Part shown: positions 12,974 to 26,645 of the stretch, piece by piece
Layout of the letters: every line of letters starts with the position of its first letter
Position numbering within the stretch: the first letter of the stretch is position 1
Source: Fistulifera solaris
Taxonomy: Eukaryota
Reading direction: 5' to 3'
Assembly: GCA_030295235.1 (NCBI GenBank)
Contig: AP026172.1
Location: forward strand, 1 to 64,000
DNA: 64,000 nucleotides
Program-made: the position numbers and the translations under genes
The notes under the pieces: model-generated
Database searches by the model: none
The model's input: the letters and a program-made list of their open reading frames with translations, nothing else
Told to the model about the DNA's origin: nothing

Positions 12974-13448
12974 GCTTTTGACAAGGACTAAAGGGTGTGT
13001 GAAAGTTATGAAAGTTTATGAGGCTTTGCACAAATACGGGGTTTTCGAGTAGTGTTGTTGGTTGTAAAATGAGAGGAATGACGGAGGTGCACGCAACACC
13101 GCAAAACACTCCGATCTCCGCGATCTTCGACGTGCGCCGTAACACGTTTTTACCTCCCTTTAACGAGGACATTGTGTCTGTTGTGAACACAAACTGCACT
13201 ATCCGTAGTATAGTGTCGATATTTGTATAAAGCAAATCGTACTAAAATAACTGGCTTTCCCCCTTATGTTTTTCCCCTCCTGTCATAATCCTCGCCATCG
13301 GCAATCGCTTTTTCCGTCAAGGAAAATAATAATACTCCGCAAAATAAGCTAAGAAACGTTGGGGTGCAAAATACAATTGATGAGGAATGTCATGAAGTGC
13401 ATGACATCTTGACTTGTCAGTTGTCAGCCTCAAAACCATAGCAAAGTC

Positions 13449-14459
13449 ATGGGACGTTCCGGCAGAATAAGAATAGCTCGGCTAATAGTAGTTGCTTCTG
13501 TCACAATAAGCGGATTCTTCCTTTCTGCGACTCTTACTCGTGTTTACTTGGAAGCGGATGACCTGTCATGGAAGACAACAATTGACGAGCTGGAAGGAAT
13601 CATCTTAGATAGCGATGAAGAGAACGTTGTCGGTGAAGCGGATTTGCAAATAATAGTTGCTATCGTTGCTTGTACCAAGTCGAAAGACGACTGGAAGTCA
13701 GTCGAAACGACTGCTCTTCACAATATTCTTATTCCTTCGATTGAACGAACTGTTACGCCCTCCGAAAAAAAACACGTGCGGGTCGATCTGGTGGTCGGAT
13801 TTGATGATAACGACCCATTTTGGAATGATCCTGAAAATCGAAAAAAGCTACAAGCATCGACTCATGTCCCTATCAGTTTCATTTCTGTTCCGAAACAGCC
13901 CAGCCGGCCCTATCGGATTCCTTTCAACGAAGTTTGTAGGGCCAGCTATGAGTATGGGGCTGACTTTATTGCTCGCGTGAACGATGACTCGGAATTTATT
14001 ACTCCTGGATGGATCACCAAAGGTGTAAATCGGTTATCACACTACAATCCACCTTGGGTAGGCGTCGTCGGGCCAACGTGTCGACAAGGCAACACACAGA
14101 TTCTTACACATGACTTTGTACATCGAACCCACATGGATATATTTGAAAATTATTATCCAGATGAATTCGACAATTGGTGGATCGATGACTGGATCACTTA
14201 CGTCTATGGACCCAAAAGGACAACGAGGTTACCCGATTGGGAGATGTTTCATCATACTTCCAAACACGGACAAAGGTATCAAGTAGAACAATCCCTCAAG
14301 AGACAATTACCATTAAGTCTTCGTCGAGGCGCACAGCAAATTGAGTTGTTTGTACAGCAGAACGAATCACAAGTGCTGCTTCATCAGCGTACAGTATTGG
14401 GAACTGATCGATTGGCTGGTGTATGGGGTCCCATAGCAGATTTTGTTGCTTCACATTGA
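13449..14459 (+). CDS. GT-A fold glycosyltransferase-like type II membrane protein
   Basis: Intact 336-aa ORF; TM helix; VVGFDDND, FIARVNDD, VGVVGP, THDFVHRTH, NWWIDDWI motifs. Confidence 0.7.
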   Translation: MGRSGRIRIARLIVVASVTISGFFLSATLTRVYLEADDLSWKTTIDELEGIILDSDEENVVGEADLQIIVAIVACTKSKDDWKSVETTALHNILIPSIERTVTPSEKKHVRVDLVVGFDDNDPFWNDPENRKKLQASTHVPISFISVPKQPSRPYRIPFNEVCRASYEYGADFIARVNDDSEFITPGWITKGVNRLSHYNPPWVGVVGPTCRQGNTQILTHDFVHRTHMDIFENYYPDEFDNWWIDDWITYVYGPKRTTRLPDWEMFHHTSKHGQRYQVEQSLKRQLPLSLRRGAQQIELFVQQNESQVLLHQRTVLGTDRLAGVWGPIADFVASH

Positions 14460-15319
14460 GGGTAATATGGTTCTAGTCAGTTGCAACGTCATCTAAGGAC
14501 AAAAGCAGCTGGGATTACCTTCGGTGCGCATAGACTATGAATATCGACAACGACTGGGGGTTTATTTTTAAGTAAAGGGAGCATCGGACAAGGCAAGTCC
14601 TCCTGGGTTTGTAATTGCTGACTTTCGCTCTTACACTTGCGATAGAATGATGAACATATTTTCGTCGGCCATGGATCATGAATAGAATTGTTTTCCGTAC
14701 CAACTTGCTCCAGGCTATAATATTCTATCACGCTAGTCCTCAACGAAAAATTTCTCCACCTAGAATACTATACTACGTAAGTTTATCTGTTTTTCTTAAT
14801 TTGAAGCCAGCTGATTGTGTGATAGCTATGTGTAACGACTGTTCCGCTGACCAAAAACTGAGAATAAACGTGGGGACTGAAGTCAGTCACGGTGAGAGGA
14901 GCCAACACTAACCCTGATACCGTACGAACTACTTACGAGGCACATCAATGCGGAAAACATGAGCTACTGCTAACGTTCGACCTAATTGTTTTTCAATACC
15001 GAAAATCATGCTTGGGGCCTCGAATAGCAATGAGGTGAACGGAGTCGAATTGTTGTTCGGGACTGAGAATTAACCGAATCGCACAAAGAGTACATAGGTG
15101 GGGCTTAGACTTGGTCAATGTCCCCGTGACCGTGACCGACCCTTTTTTCTTCGTCCTCGTGACCCTTCTCTCCTTCGCACATAATATCGACGACATAACT
15201 CACTCTTCTTCATCATTCTTTTCGGACCGTTGTACGTTGCCCCCATTTTCGTCATCCTAGAACTCAGTAAAACAACTTGGCATTTCAAGGTTCAATAAGC
15301 AAGACGCGAAGAAGCTACG

Positions 15320-16865
15320 ATGATCGCATCTCCGTCTGCTGCAACGCTCACCACAAGGGCATCCTTGTCGACAATTTCTACAGCAGATTCATTGCGTCGT
15401 TCTTTGATTATCAGTTTCTTAATAGCGCTAGTTATAGGAGCGTTACAGCACCTTCAATTTTCGAGAACGGTACGGAAAGGGTCTCATTTCGAGGTTCTAC
15501 ATCAACGCTTCGATCTACCTGTGATACGCTCCTCGTCGGCCACAAATAAATACGAAATTACCGAATTGGGCGAGGACTCCACTGATAGTCCTCCCACACA
15601 ACCAAGAGGCTCTTCTTCACAACAATTACGACCTCCACCACAACCTCCTCTTCGAACCCGAACAACCCATAATTCAATAAACAAGCCCCCGCCCAACGTT
15701 AAAGCCAGCAATCGCACCGATTTACCTTTCTCAATATCACCGTTTGCCTACGCATTTGTTATTGGTGGCTGTGATCCGGAGAACCCGCCCACGTATCAGA
15801 ACTATCTGTTCAACATCGCGATCGCGACAAAAATGCTAAGAGAAGTCAACAGCACGGCCGATGTAGTAGCGTTGTTTCAGATGGGACAAGATGTGCCCGC
15901 CGGGGAGTCACTGCCACAGCGTGATCTGCAACTGCTGCATGCCTTGGGAATATACGTCTATTACATACCACAACAAACAACTGGCCGGCAATCCTTTTAT
16001 CGAACACAGCTAGATAAATTCCGGATATTGGGGCTGACTCAGTACGAGCGCATATTGTTCATGGATGGAGATGTGTTGCCGCTGGGGAATCTGGATTTGC
16101 TTTTGAATTGAGTATGAATGGCACGTTACAAGAAAATGTCGTCATGCGAGGTTTGTACGAGCCAGCGAATGGCGGCTTCTTTCTCGTCAAACCGGGAACG
16201 CTAGAAGATATCCAACGAGTCATTGAATGGCGCGAAGAAACGGCATTGCAACTTCCGTATCCGCACTTCGACCCAGATATTGGTTGGGGCACGAACTAAT
16301 ATCGCCGTGGCTGGCACAAAAGAGCAAGGAACCAATTGGACGTTTTTGGCAGCCTTTGCAGATCAAGGTCTATTGTACTATTATACTATGTATCATCAAA
16401 AATCGGTCAGCTTTTTTGCTGCGAGACGGGACGGCGGAAAATTGGCAATATGCGCCCGACGGTACCGTGCAACTTCGCAATCATGTCTCATTATTGAATT
16501 TTAGTGTCGCGGAAATCAGTGCTATTCCGGGACGACATCACTACTACAAATTTCCGCTGAATTCGTTCATTCACTTTACTGGCGCAGGAAAGCCTTGGAT
16601 GCGAGGTGGTCCTCCTGAAGACTGCTGTACCGAAGAGAACAAGTTCAAAGAAGCCAAATATTATTGGTTCTGGGAATTATCAAAAATGAACGAAGCACTA
16701 AATTTGGGAATTGATTTCAAGCAGCATTGGAAAGGCGGCAAACATAGACCGCCGTTGGGCTTGCATCCTGTCTATGCTCACGCACTGAATGCTTCATCAA
16801 ACTTGCTGACACCGCTGGAGAGAGTCTATCCGGAAAGCGCGGCCGACTATAACACATTTCATTAG
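15320..16865 (+). CDS. GT8-like glycosyltransferase, paralogue 3
   Basis: TM helix, Pro-rich stem, FAYAFVIGGCDP, ERILFMDGD, ANGGFFLV, DQGLLYYY, HFTGAGKPW; frameshifted. Confidence 0.85.
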
Positions 16866-17503
16866 TGGGCCGAGCAACATGTCGCTGCTCTTTGAGGGCA
16901 CGTTCTTTTGGCTAGGCTTAGCGTTTTGAATAGCATACGTTTACAATGTTGACATCAAGGATGTTCAAGATGCTTTAAGAAATGGAATAGAGTTAGCTCT
17001 AAGAAATCAGAAGGATAGCGCTATCAGACGTTTTGTCGTACACCCTTACCATTTCGCGCGTACTTGTACATACAACATACTATGGTACTTTGGATTTGTA
17101 CAATACGTTATTTTCGTGTGACTGAGAATTAGGGACTGACAATGACGGGTGTGACACCTTTCTATGGTCGAAAAAGTAGGATCGTCTACACGTCAGCATG
17201 AACCAGCGTAAATCCAAATGTCTTTGAACATGCACAAGCGAACATCTTTTTCTTCTCTCGCACGCTTCTTTTCTTCTCTCATTTGAGAAGAAAAGAAAAA
17301 GTAAAGACAGACTAGCCTTTCCGTCTCGTCTTAAGCTTCTTATTTGTAGAATATACTTCTCCTTGTAAACTTGGCATGAGCGGCAAGGAGCTTGTAAATT
17401 GAGAACACTATTATTTTCACCAAACCGAGATTCTTTCGTTTTCTCGCTATCGGCACATATATTTTTAACGGAAAGTGATAACAAAACAAAGCAACAAATC
17501 ACA

Positions 17504-18256
17504 ATGACATTACATAGGGTGCTTGCTTTTCTGCTAGTTTGCGCGCTTCCGAGTCATCTGTCGGCGTTTCATCCTCAACCGCAGAAAAGGCCGTACGCAA
17601 TCTCAATCAACAAACAGTTTCCGTTCTATATGTCCGATATTCCTCGTGAAGACAGTGAAAAGACGAGGAGAGAAACTCCTTTCAAGAAATTGTTAGCTTT
17701 TTAAAGCACCTCCGCCTCCGAAGATCTGTTTGTATTAACCGGTGATGTATTGGCGCTCTCTGTCTACGGTCTTGCCGATCACATTGTCTCACAAGAGATG
17801 ACACACCAAATGGTTTTAGATAGTCCGAATCCGATGGAACTGCAACAGAAAATGGCAGCTGATTGGGGACCGCCTGTGTGGCTTGATTCGACGCACAGTT
17901 ACCATCAGCACGTACTACAAGTCACACTTAGTGATAAACTCGTGACACATTACTCGCCGCTACTCGAACCCACAAGTGTAGCTGTGTGTTTGCTGTTAGC
18001 ATCGTGGCTACTGTCGGGATGGTGGCACCAAGCGTTCGCAATAGAAACCACACGAAATGCGGAACGAAACTTGTTTAAAACAGGACAGACTTGGCTGACA
18101 TCGACCGCAATACTTGTCAGCCTAGTGGCTGTTTCGCATCTCATCATGGAACCCGTTATCTTTACTAAAGGAGACATTTCGTTCCTCTTGGACACGCTCA
18201 CTGTCATGGCTATGTGGAGATTCATGGTCAGCTGTATAATAGATTGGAGATTGTAA
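17504..18256 (+). CDS. Plastid-targeted multi-pass membrane protein (possibly DUF3054-like)
   Basis: Signal peptide ending LSA-FHP (ASAF-type bipartite presequence); GDVLALSVYGLADH and further TM helices; frameshift near 17700. Confidence 0.55.
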
Positions 18257-18560
18257 AGTATCCCCAAGCAAAGAAAAGCCATACAATGAGCTCAGAGAGG
18301 GAATAACAAGGTGGAAGGCAACGGGCTGCTTTAGAAGCAATTCAGGCGCAATTATGTCGAAAGAACCAAGAGGTACTACCCCTAGAGACTAATGCTATCA
18401 AATAATTCCGTTACTAGATGGGTCTTGATGTAATTCATTTTTCTCTCTTACGGAGTATACAAAGAACTAACCGCATCCGAAAATCGGTGCGTTCTAGACT
18501 AGCAATCCTAGTCAAAATAAGCAACCACTAAAGCGCACAAACAGTGGCATTGCTCTGCGA

Positions 18561-21500
18561 TTAAGAGTATGTCATTAGAGAAGAAAGATGGCCTAGGTGC
18601 TTCTCGATCATGCAATTCTGCAGCGTGCGGGTACAGTCATCGATTGTCAAATCACACGACGATAATCCCAGCAGGGCAAATTCCCAGCTAGCACCGCTGC
18701 GAAACAAACACCAACAGTAACCGTTCTGGTAGGAAATGTGTCGAAATCCGGAAACGTACATCGAACTATCTCTGTCCCATCAGCAGAATTGAGCATATTA
18801 AACGCAGCAGACAAAATGTGGTCCGCTTGCTCGCCAAGGTACGGGCCCAGTGAAAAGCATATGTAATGAACATCAGTTACCGCTCTGGGTAAAGCGACTT
18901 GGAACCGATCTTCGACGTATGCAACAGAGAGATCTTCCGATTGAGAATTTTGACGATGTACAACGTCAAGAAGATGAGTATCTTTGTCCATCAGAAGGGC
19001 CAAGGGCAGAACATTTTCACCGTTGGCTACCTTCCAATACAATCCAATGCTAAGGTTTTCTGGTAGTGGTGCAGCATAGTCCTCGATTCGAATACTTTCG
19101 CCTGAGCGCATCAATGCTGTTCTCTCAGCTCGTCTAGATATGCGGGTTGCTGATCCCTGGGCAATCACCTGTATTTCCGGTTGCATACTGCCGAATTCGC
19201 GAAATCCTTGATAACCTGTCGCCATGACTTCTAGGTCCCACGTGTTTCTGTTCTTTGCTCGAGAAATCCGTAAGAGCACGACAGACGTGTCCGAAGGTGT
19301 AAGTTGAGGAACAAATCGACCAACACCTTGACCAGTAATAGCGTCTTTACACCGTATTTCTAACGACTCTATGCCAGAAAAGAGTTGTCTCTTGCGGTCA
19401 TTACAAGGCAGAGTGTTCCAACGTTCATTGGGACGTTGTCCAAATCGATCACTACCGTATCGATTGTCGGTTGACCCGGTAACTCTAACCGTTCAGGAAA
19501 AACAATAGAGCGGTTGGGATTAGTTCGGTTAGCAAAGTATACTGATTCATCCCACAAAATGAATCCATTGTCTAGATCAGTGGCTACGAAACTGGTCTCC
19601 AAGCACGGTCCCGACCTCCATGATAGGTCTAGCGCTATCTTCGAATGTTGTCTCAGAACAAAGACATGACCTGGCATCAAAACAGGATAGAACTTCGCAG
19701 TCATCTGGACCTTCACCTCTATTTGACCCGTAGCTCCGGCGCAATAAAATTCTCTCGCTTGCTCGGAACGCGCTGCCACAGTGTACCAACATGATACCTC
19801 CTCTTTCGGCAATGTTAGCATGATGGCCCCCATAAACGTTTCTTTGCTGATTTGACGATCATAAATACGAAGTTCTAGTTTCTCGCTCCTCTGCACAAGC
19901 TCTTTTGCCATATCCCCGCCAATTTCACAAAAGATTTCGTTTTCTTTCCATACAGGATTGCTCGATCGACGAGCAGGGCCCGTTTTACCACAAGACTTGC
20001 CACCGAGATACAGTTCAACAAGAGGTTCCGCTGACTTCATTTTACCAAATATGTTGCGATCCAGTGACACTAAACCACGGGCCTGTGAGACGGTAACGGT
20101 CAAAGTGGCGGATGACATGATCGAAGTCATTGCTTGTCCATGATTGTGGAATGGTATAGCACTACTTTCTTGCGAGTGAAAACTCGAAAGAGAGGACTGA
20201 CTAGCTTGAAGCCCAAATGAAGGGCTTTCGAACGACAATTCGGTGCTCCTTATCGACTCATTGGCGTCTTTCTCAACCGGAATAGTATTTTCAAGCTTGT
20301 TATTTACGGGCACCCCGCTTGTACCAACTCATATGTAGCTGAAACACCAAAGGAATGCATAGATTGTGAGTGAGGTTTTGTATAATCGACATCGATAGTT
20401 CCTGTTCTTGGCCCAACATAATGTAGCGACGATGACAACTGGCCAGAGGTCCGCTTTGTTAGTGCCATTGCTGGCAAGACGGGGGTCGTACTTGTGATGA
20501 CCGACGCCGGATTTTCTTTTCATTTAAGATGAAGTTCTTTGCGTCCTTCGCGAGTGATTGTTCAGCACTGACATTATTTTCGGTTCCTTTTGATGCAAGT
20601 ATGCGGCGCGGATGCACAACAGCGGTAACTTTTCGACTCCACAGAGATCTTTTGGTTTTAGAATCAGCACTCGACCCACTTGATGAGTTATATGTATGAA
20701 CTTCACACCCATTGTCCGCTTCAGATGTTAAGGTGTTTCGTTCGGAAATATTTCGTACCGTAAAAGTAGCTCCCAGTTTGGCGCAAGCGACTGCATCGTC
20801 AGAGGATTTCACACGAGAAGGAGGGGCGCAATTTCTATTGCTTGAAGTTACTTTATCAGCTGACAAACTCCACTTGGGCGTTTTTCGACGACCTCTATTA
20901 TTTTCATGGATCGGTGCACCTCCAATCGGTAGTACAGGATTAACCGTATAGCTAGCCGCTGACGGAATGCGATGAGTTTGTACCTCGTCATGCTCTGTCT
21001 CGCTAGTGTCAGAATCGCAATCACCGGACTTTTCATCCCTTTTGTCATCATCACCTTCCATTACAACGGTCAATGCTGTTTCGATAGCTGCAGGAGTCTC
21101 ATTGCTTGATTTGGGAATTAGTTTTGCTTGAAATAGTTTCGATTTGATGCTCGGTGATTCAATGTGATGGCCTGGCGGATCACGAAGCCGGTAATCTTGC
21201 CTTCCAGATCCCCTATCGCGACGCCCGCCACGTCGTTTTCCTGAAGATGAGATTAAATCATCAGAAGAGTTCCATCGTTTTAACGGCCTTCTTTTACGAC
21301 TCCCATTGTCGAACCCTTCATGAAAAGACCAGTTTAACAACTCTGGATTAGCCCATTGTACTCTTCTTTTTGTCGTTGCGTATCACTGTCTCTGCATGTG
21401 GGCCAGAACTGATCGCCGACTTGAATGTCATTTCTTGGCCCGTACTCATTATTATTCTTGGCCGCGAAGTATTCGAAGAAGAGTGCTGCCGCACCACGCT

Positions 21501-21851
21501 CACAACTTCGGCGCTAACTGCTTCACCCACAAACGATGATTGGTGCTCATCATTATGGACCATCACTTCGCTTTCCTCGCCCTCTGTGACTGATTGAGGT
21601 TGCGAGGAAATGTTCTCCTCTGGAGATTCGTAATCGTTCTCAAAACTATCTCCAGATTCCGTCTCAGACTCATCAGAATATGATCTTCCGTAAGATTCAT
21701 AGTCACTGTCGTAGCTTTCTTCTTCAGATTCCGAGTAAGGACTGTCGTGTAAATGCGGCTTCGAGGTAGAAAAGCTTCCGTCAATACTCGTAGGCTCACT
21801 TTCAGAATTATCAGACACCATTGCGTTGTCTTTTTCTTGCTTTTCCGTCAT
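18561..21851 (-). CDS. C2-TerD-TerD protein, paralogue A, with acidic/Ser-rich N-terminal region (join of upstream ORFs uncertain)
   Basis: C2: TLTVTVSQARGLVSLDRN...GKTGPARRSSNPVW; TerD-like: LDLSW...ESVYFANRTNPNRSIV...IDLDNVP and SIGLYW...LLDVVHRQNSQSEDLSV; ORF pieces 21348-21851, 20459-21340, 19369-20313, 18647-19279, 18561-18761. Confidence 0.7.
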
Positions 21852-22623
21852 GTGTAGATGCTTTTGAAGCCTTGAGGCGACTTTCCGTTATCTCTTGATC
21901 AATCTAGGCGCGTGTTGGCTCCTTTACCTGCTCTGGTAAGCGTCGTCGAAGGCCATGTCGTTGACTGTGCTTTTCATCGATCATGCGCGTTTATTGAGTC
22001 TGTAAACGAAAACGTTGCGACCCGTTTGAAACAAACAATAAAGAGCATAGAAGCAGGCAGGCAAAGGGGCTACACCGTATGTGAGAGTGCAGTGTTCAGT
22101 AAGCGTGTGAAAAGAAACGTCTTGGGTAAGCTGTGTTTCTGGAGGACTATTTCAGGTCGATGACAAAAATTGGAGTGACCAAAGTCCTGATTTTTTTTTG
22201 TAAAATTATCCATGGATAAGTTTGGGCTGCTAGCTTTTCTACAGGAGTGACAAGTACCTTGAGGATTAACTTAAGAGAGTTTTGGCCGAAATGACTGTCC
22301 TACGGAAATGGTTAATGGTTATGGTCATAGTGTGTGATAGAGACATTGTAAAATCGTGAATGAACTTGAATGAGTCCGGAGCGAAGGTGGCAAACTTGAT
22401 TATTCTGCGCGCGTTTAAAAAGCTGAAGCAAAACTGGTACTTGATACTGGTACAATGAATAGCACCTTAGCAGTGAAAATTTACTCCGTATTAGATCAGA
22501 AACACACATATTACGGTTTATAACTTGATTATATCCCTTCGAATCTTTTCTATTCCCAAAATCAACGCATATCGATGGCCTAATTTAATATTTTACTAGC
22601 CAAGGTAACTTCCTCTCGCGATG

Positions 22624-25600
22624 CTACCAAATACTGGCAACTTTCAGTAGAAAATCTTCAGGAATCATGATGCTTTCTTTTGGAACAGGCACCAGAGGAG
22701 GTAGTTTACAAGGTAGTTCAACAGGGAGATCTCCGGGGGTAGGTATTCGACTTCGTTTCACCTCTTCTCGGAAAGCGTGGGCAACTTCGCAGCTATTCGT
22801 CGCTTCTGTCGGACGTCCAATCACGTAAAACGTCCAGGGAGAGTCTACCGAGGATCGAAGAAAACACCCTATCAGAGCCCCCGTCCAAGTGGTAGGTTCT
22901 GGTACGTCATAACTTATGGCCACATGGTTATCGCCGCCCAGAATACTACAGTGCAAGCTCAATAAAGGATCAGCTACTTGTCCATTGTACGGACCCAAGG
23001 AAAAACAAACGAACATAGTTCGACTGGAAACGCGAGTCAAGTCTACTTCGACTTTGTCGCGGTAGCTTCCGACCGGAATGTCATCATCGTCCTCGCCTTC
23101 CCCTCCGCAATGCAGAACCGAGTTATCGCGACTGTTGGGATTTTCAAACAAGACCTCGTCTAGTTTGTGAAAGTCCCTGTCAAGCAATGTTATCACACTG
23201 TCAAGCCGCACTCGATAGTGCGTGCCCCATTGTATATGCACAGATATCTCATTCGCCTCCAAGTAATCTTCAACTCTGATGCAACTTCCTGGCCTTAGCC
23301 ACGCCGATCGCCGAGCCGGCGGAACCTTATCAGGAATCGTATGTCGACAGAAGGCATGAAGCTGCGGTATTAAGCTGCCGCATTCTCTTATAACAGGATA
23401 ACCTTGACCAATCGGACACAATTCCCATGAATGATCCTTTCGGGTAATCCGAAACAAAACCATACTGGTGTCACCTCGCGACAATTCTGGAATGAATCGA
23501 CATACTCCGTCATCGGAATCAGAATTAATGCAACGTACTTTTAGAACACCCAACGCACTTAGATCATCGCGAGGCATACATAAAACCATGAATAGCGACA
23601 TAATGCTCTTATGGACCTTCTCCAGTTCCAGTTGCCAAATTTCTTCGCCATCTGGACGGCAGTAAATCTTCTGGTCCGATCTCAGCACACCCCACTTCAC
23701 TATGCTTTGATTTGGGTTTACTGCCCGAGAGAAGTAGATGCTTTGATCTGGAATTACTTGGCCGACTTCGTCCAACGCCACACACGCTGACTCTGCCAAT
23801 ACATTCTGATACCCCCAGGAGAAGCCGATGGTTAAATGATTTGGCAATTGCAGCAAACTACCTGGCACTACATCCGGAGCAGCCGTTGCGATAAAGTCAA
23901 CAGAAACAAGGAGCTCTCCCGAAGCCCCAGGGCTGAACAAATCGTGATGTCGAGAACGCTTCATAACACGATACCATGTAGCGGACTGACTTCCTACAAC
24001 AGGAACTTGAACACACCCCATGAACTCATCATTCCCTAACATATCCTGGTCGCAAAGTCTCAACTCGATTTTTTCCCCAGAGCGAAGTAAGGCTCGAGCT
24101 TGGTCACAGCCTAGTTTTACCTGAAACATGCCCCGCTGGAATACTGGATTTAGTGTTTTATACACGGTATCACTTCTTCCGACACATTTCCAGTTGTAAT
24201 TTTCGAAAACAAAGGCTTTGACAAAGGATCGGACGTCGTAGGTCGTCCCAGTAAGTCTTTGTCCAGCGCTACCAAGTTTCGACCCTGCAAAACATGTATT
24301 AACATTGTGGCCGATCCCATCGTTCGACCAATTACTTTGCGAGCCACCGGCGCAACACTTTCGGCTTCAGTAAGGTCATCTGATATGACTGGGGTGCTTC
24401 TCGGCAGCTTAGCGATGGCTGCTCCTAATGAGGCTCGTCGATTCATACGACGCATCGCACTCGAACTAGCACCATGCGTTGTCGAGCCACGACGACTCGC
24501 CATTGGGGCAACCTGCGTACTAGTTGTTGCTTTTGGATTTACAGCAGTCGTTGCATCTGAAGTAAAAGTTTTGCGACAGAGATTACTTGTATTGGTTGCG
24601 GACATTCGCCTGGCAGCCGCTGCCACAGATGCTCGCCGTCCACCACGTCCAGCATCTGTTTCCGAGGTTCGGGATTGTTTCATAATTTTATTCCAGTCCG
24701 AGGCGGCATTTTCTTTTGCCTCTTTTTCTTTTTTCTTTTCCAAAATGGCTAGCATTCCCAAACTACTGTCTGAATTAGATCGTACAAGCACCGGCATACC
24801 ATCCCCCGACTGCTTACGATTACTTGCCCCGTTTTCTCTTGTCTCCAACATATCCATGAGATTCTTTGAAGAATTTCGACGCCGCGCTTTTGTCTCATCG
24901 TTTGGTTCTCCTAATCTTGGCCGAGAAGAGGATCGCTTAGGTGGCGATCCCTCCCCAACACGAAGCCGTCTCTCTTCATCACTGTGAGCACGTCGAGGCC
25001 GAGGCCGTGACGCCGGACGTACTTCACGCGGTTCATCCTCACCTAGAGCATTAATTCGTGACCGCGACGAGCTACGTTTTCTTCCTTCCTCGTTTCCTGA
25101 TTCTTTTGTTTTAGGACGACGACGAGCACCATCTTCAGGCCGGGGCTGTTGATCGGAAGACTTTGACTTTTGCGAAGAATCTTTACTGACATTCGAAAAT
25201 GAACTATCCGCCGCATTTGTGGTGAAGAAGGCTTTTTCCGTGCTGATTTTGATGACGAAATTAGATTTTCTAAACCGACATCATCGGTACTTTCGGAGTG
25301 TGTCGATGCTGTCAGAGAAGACGAAGTTCCCTTGCTTGATCTTTTTTGAGGTTTCTTGGCCTCTTCAGCTGTTGCATTTCTCTCTGAACGTTTTGGCTTA
25401 GAGCTAGAGCTGATTGTTTTTCGATTTGTGGGTGATAAATCAGTTTTGTCCTCATCGATCGTCGTTGACACTGGTCGAGTTGCCTTGCTTCGCTTCTCCG
25501 GACTATTGTGCAAAGATGTATGCAGTTCTTTATTCACCCGCAGCTTTCCAGTGTTCTTCAATAAATGAGGTGATGAATTTGATCGCGATACTCGCCTCCG

Positions 25601-25711
25601 AGGAGCTTTATCTTCATTATCAGTCTCAGGTTTGTCTCGAGGAGGTCGAGGACTTGAACGCTTCATCGGAGATATCATTTCGGCAGACGTCGAATCGCTG
25701 GCTGTCTTCAT
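22624..25711 (-). CDS. C2-TerD-TerD protein, paralogue B (best-conserved copy)
   Basis: S/R/K-rich N-terminus; C2 with acidic loops LVALDKD...TSDP...KTLNPVF...DQDMLGNDEFMG; TerD-like LTIGFSW...SIYFSRAVNPNQSI and LDEVLFENPNSRDNSVLHCGGEGEDDD...VEVDLTRV; frameshifts join three ORFs. Confidence 0.8.
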
Positions 25712-26645
25712 TGTGGCTTAATAATTCTCTATCTGTTTATTCCCAACTTTCTTCATTTAAGTTCTTTAAAAATAATAAAAAAAACAATGATGCTTCTCAC
25801 ACAAACCCGCGTCGACGAGAAGAAAGTCACTTGTTCTTATTATTTCTGCTTCTTCGCCCCTGTTTCGCTTTTCGGTTCCAAAACGGCAAACGGGCGAACT
25901 GGGACTATTGAGGAGAAGAGACATCACAACGCGGTCATCAATATAGGTCATACGGATCACATGGATGACCCAGAATTCTACAGGTACCAGGTACCGTACC
26001 TGGTAAATCTTAGTGCTCCCCTTCCTTTTGTAGTGACCTTGCGGTCTGTCGTCGTCGGTTATCCGAACGGTTCTCGCAATAAATATTTTAGTGGTTTTTA
26101 TCATACTGGTTAAAAAAAAAGTCAGTCTTCCTTGTTAAGTTCGACAAGTACATTCGACCGTGACTGAAGGAAATCCAGTCTTGGTTATCGCCGGCCAACA
26201 CTTTGATCTATAGTAGTTTGGACAGACCAACCACGAGAGTGCCATGGAAATTAATGCGGATGATAAATCTGACGAGAGACTAGACAATGGAGCAAATTAG
26301 CAGAACAAGTAAAGGATAAGCAACAGTCTATGCAAACCAAATATTCATGGATCACGACTAATGACTGCAATACAGTCTTAGTTACTATGATTTACACTTG
26401 ACCTATAAAGAAATGACTACGAACCAGAAGAATATTCGACGTAAGCAATTTAGCTGCTGATAATCAATATACAAGTATTGCTAACAGAAGATAAATAGAG
26501 CTTGCCGAGCCTTCTCAAAAACAAAAATAGCATTCTACGACGGAGAGTATTATGATTCATGGGTAAAATCCAGTCAGTACCTCTTGTCAAATAAGCCTAT
26601 AAGAACTAAATGCATTTAACTTCTTTGTACCCATATTCTCGCAGT

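Noticed and set aside
2919..16865. Frameshifts read as programmed frameshifting or mass pseudogenisation
   Set aside because: They are mostly 1-bp changes in short homopolymers and also hit UBA1 and RPS10, so sequencing error is more likely
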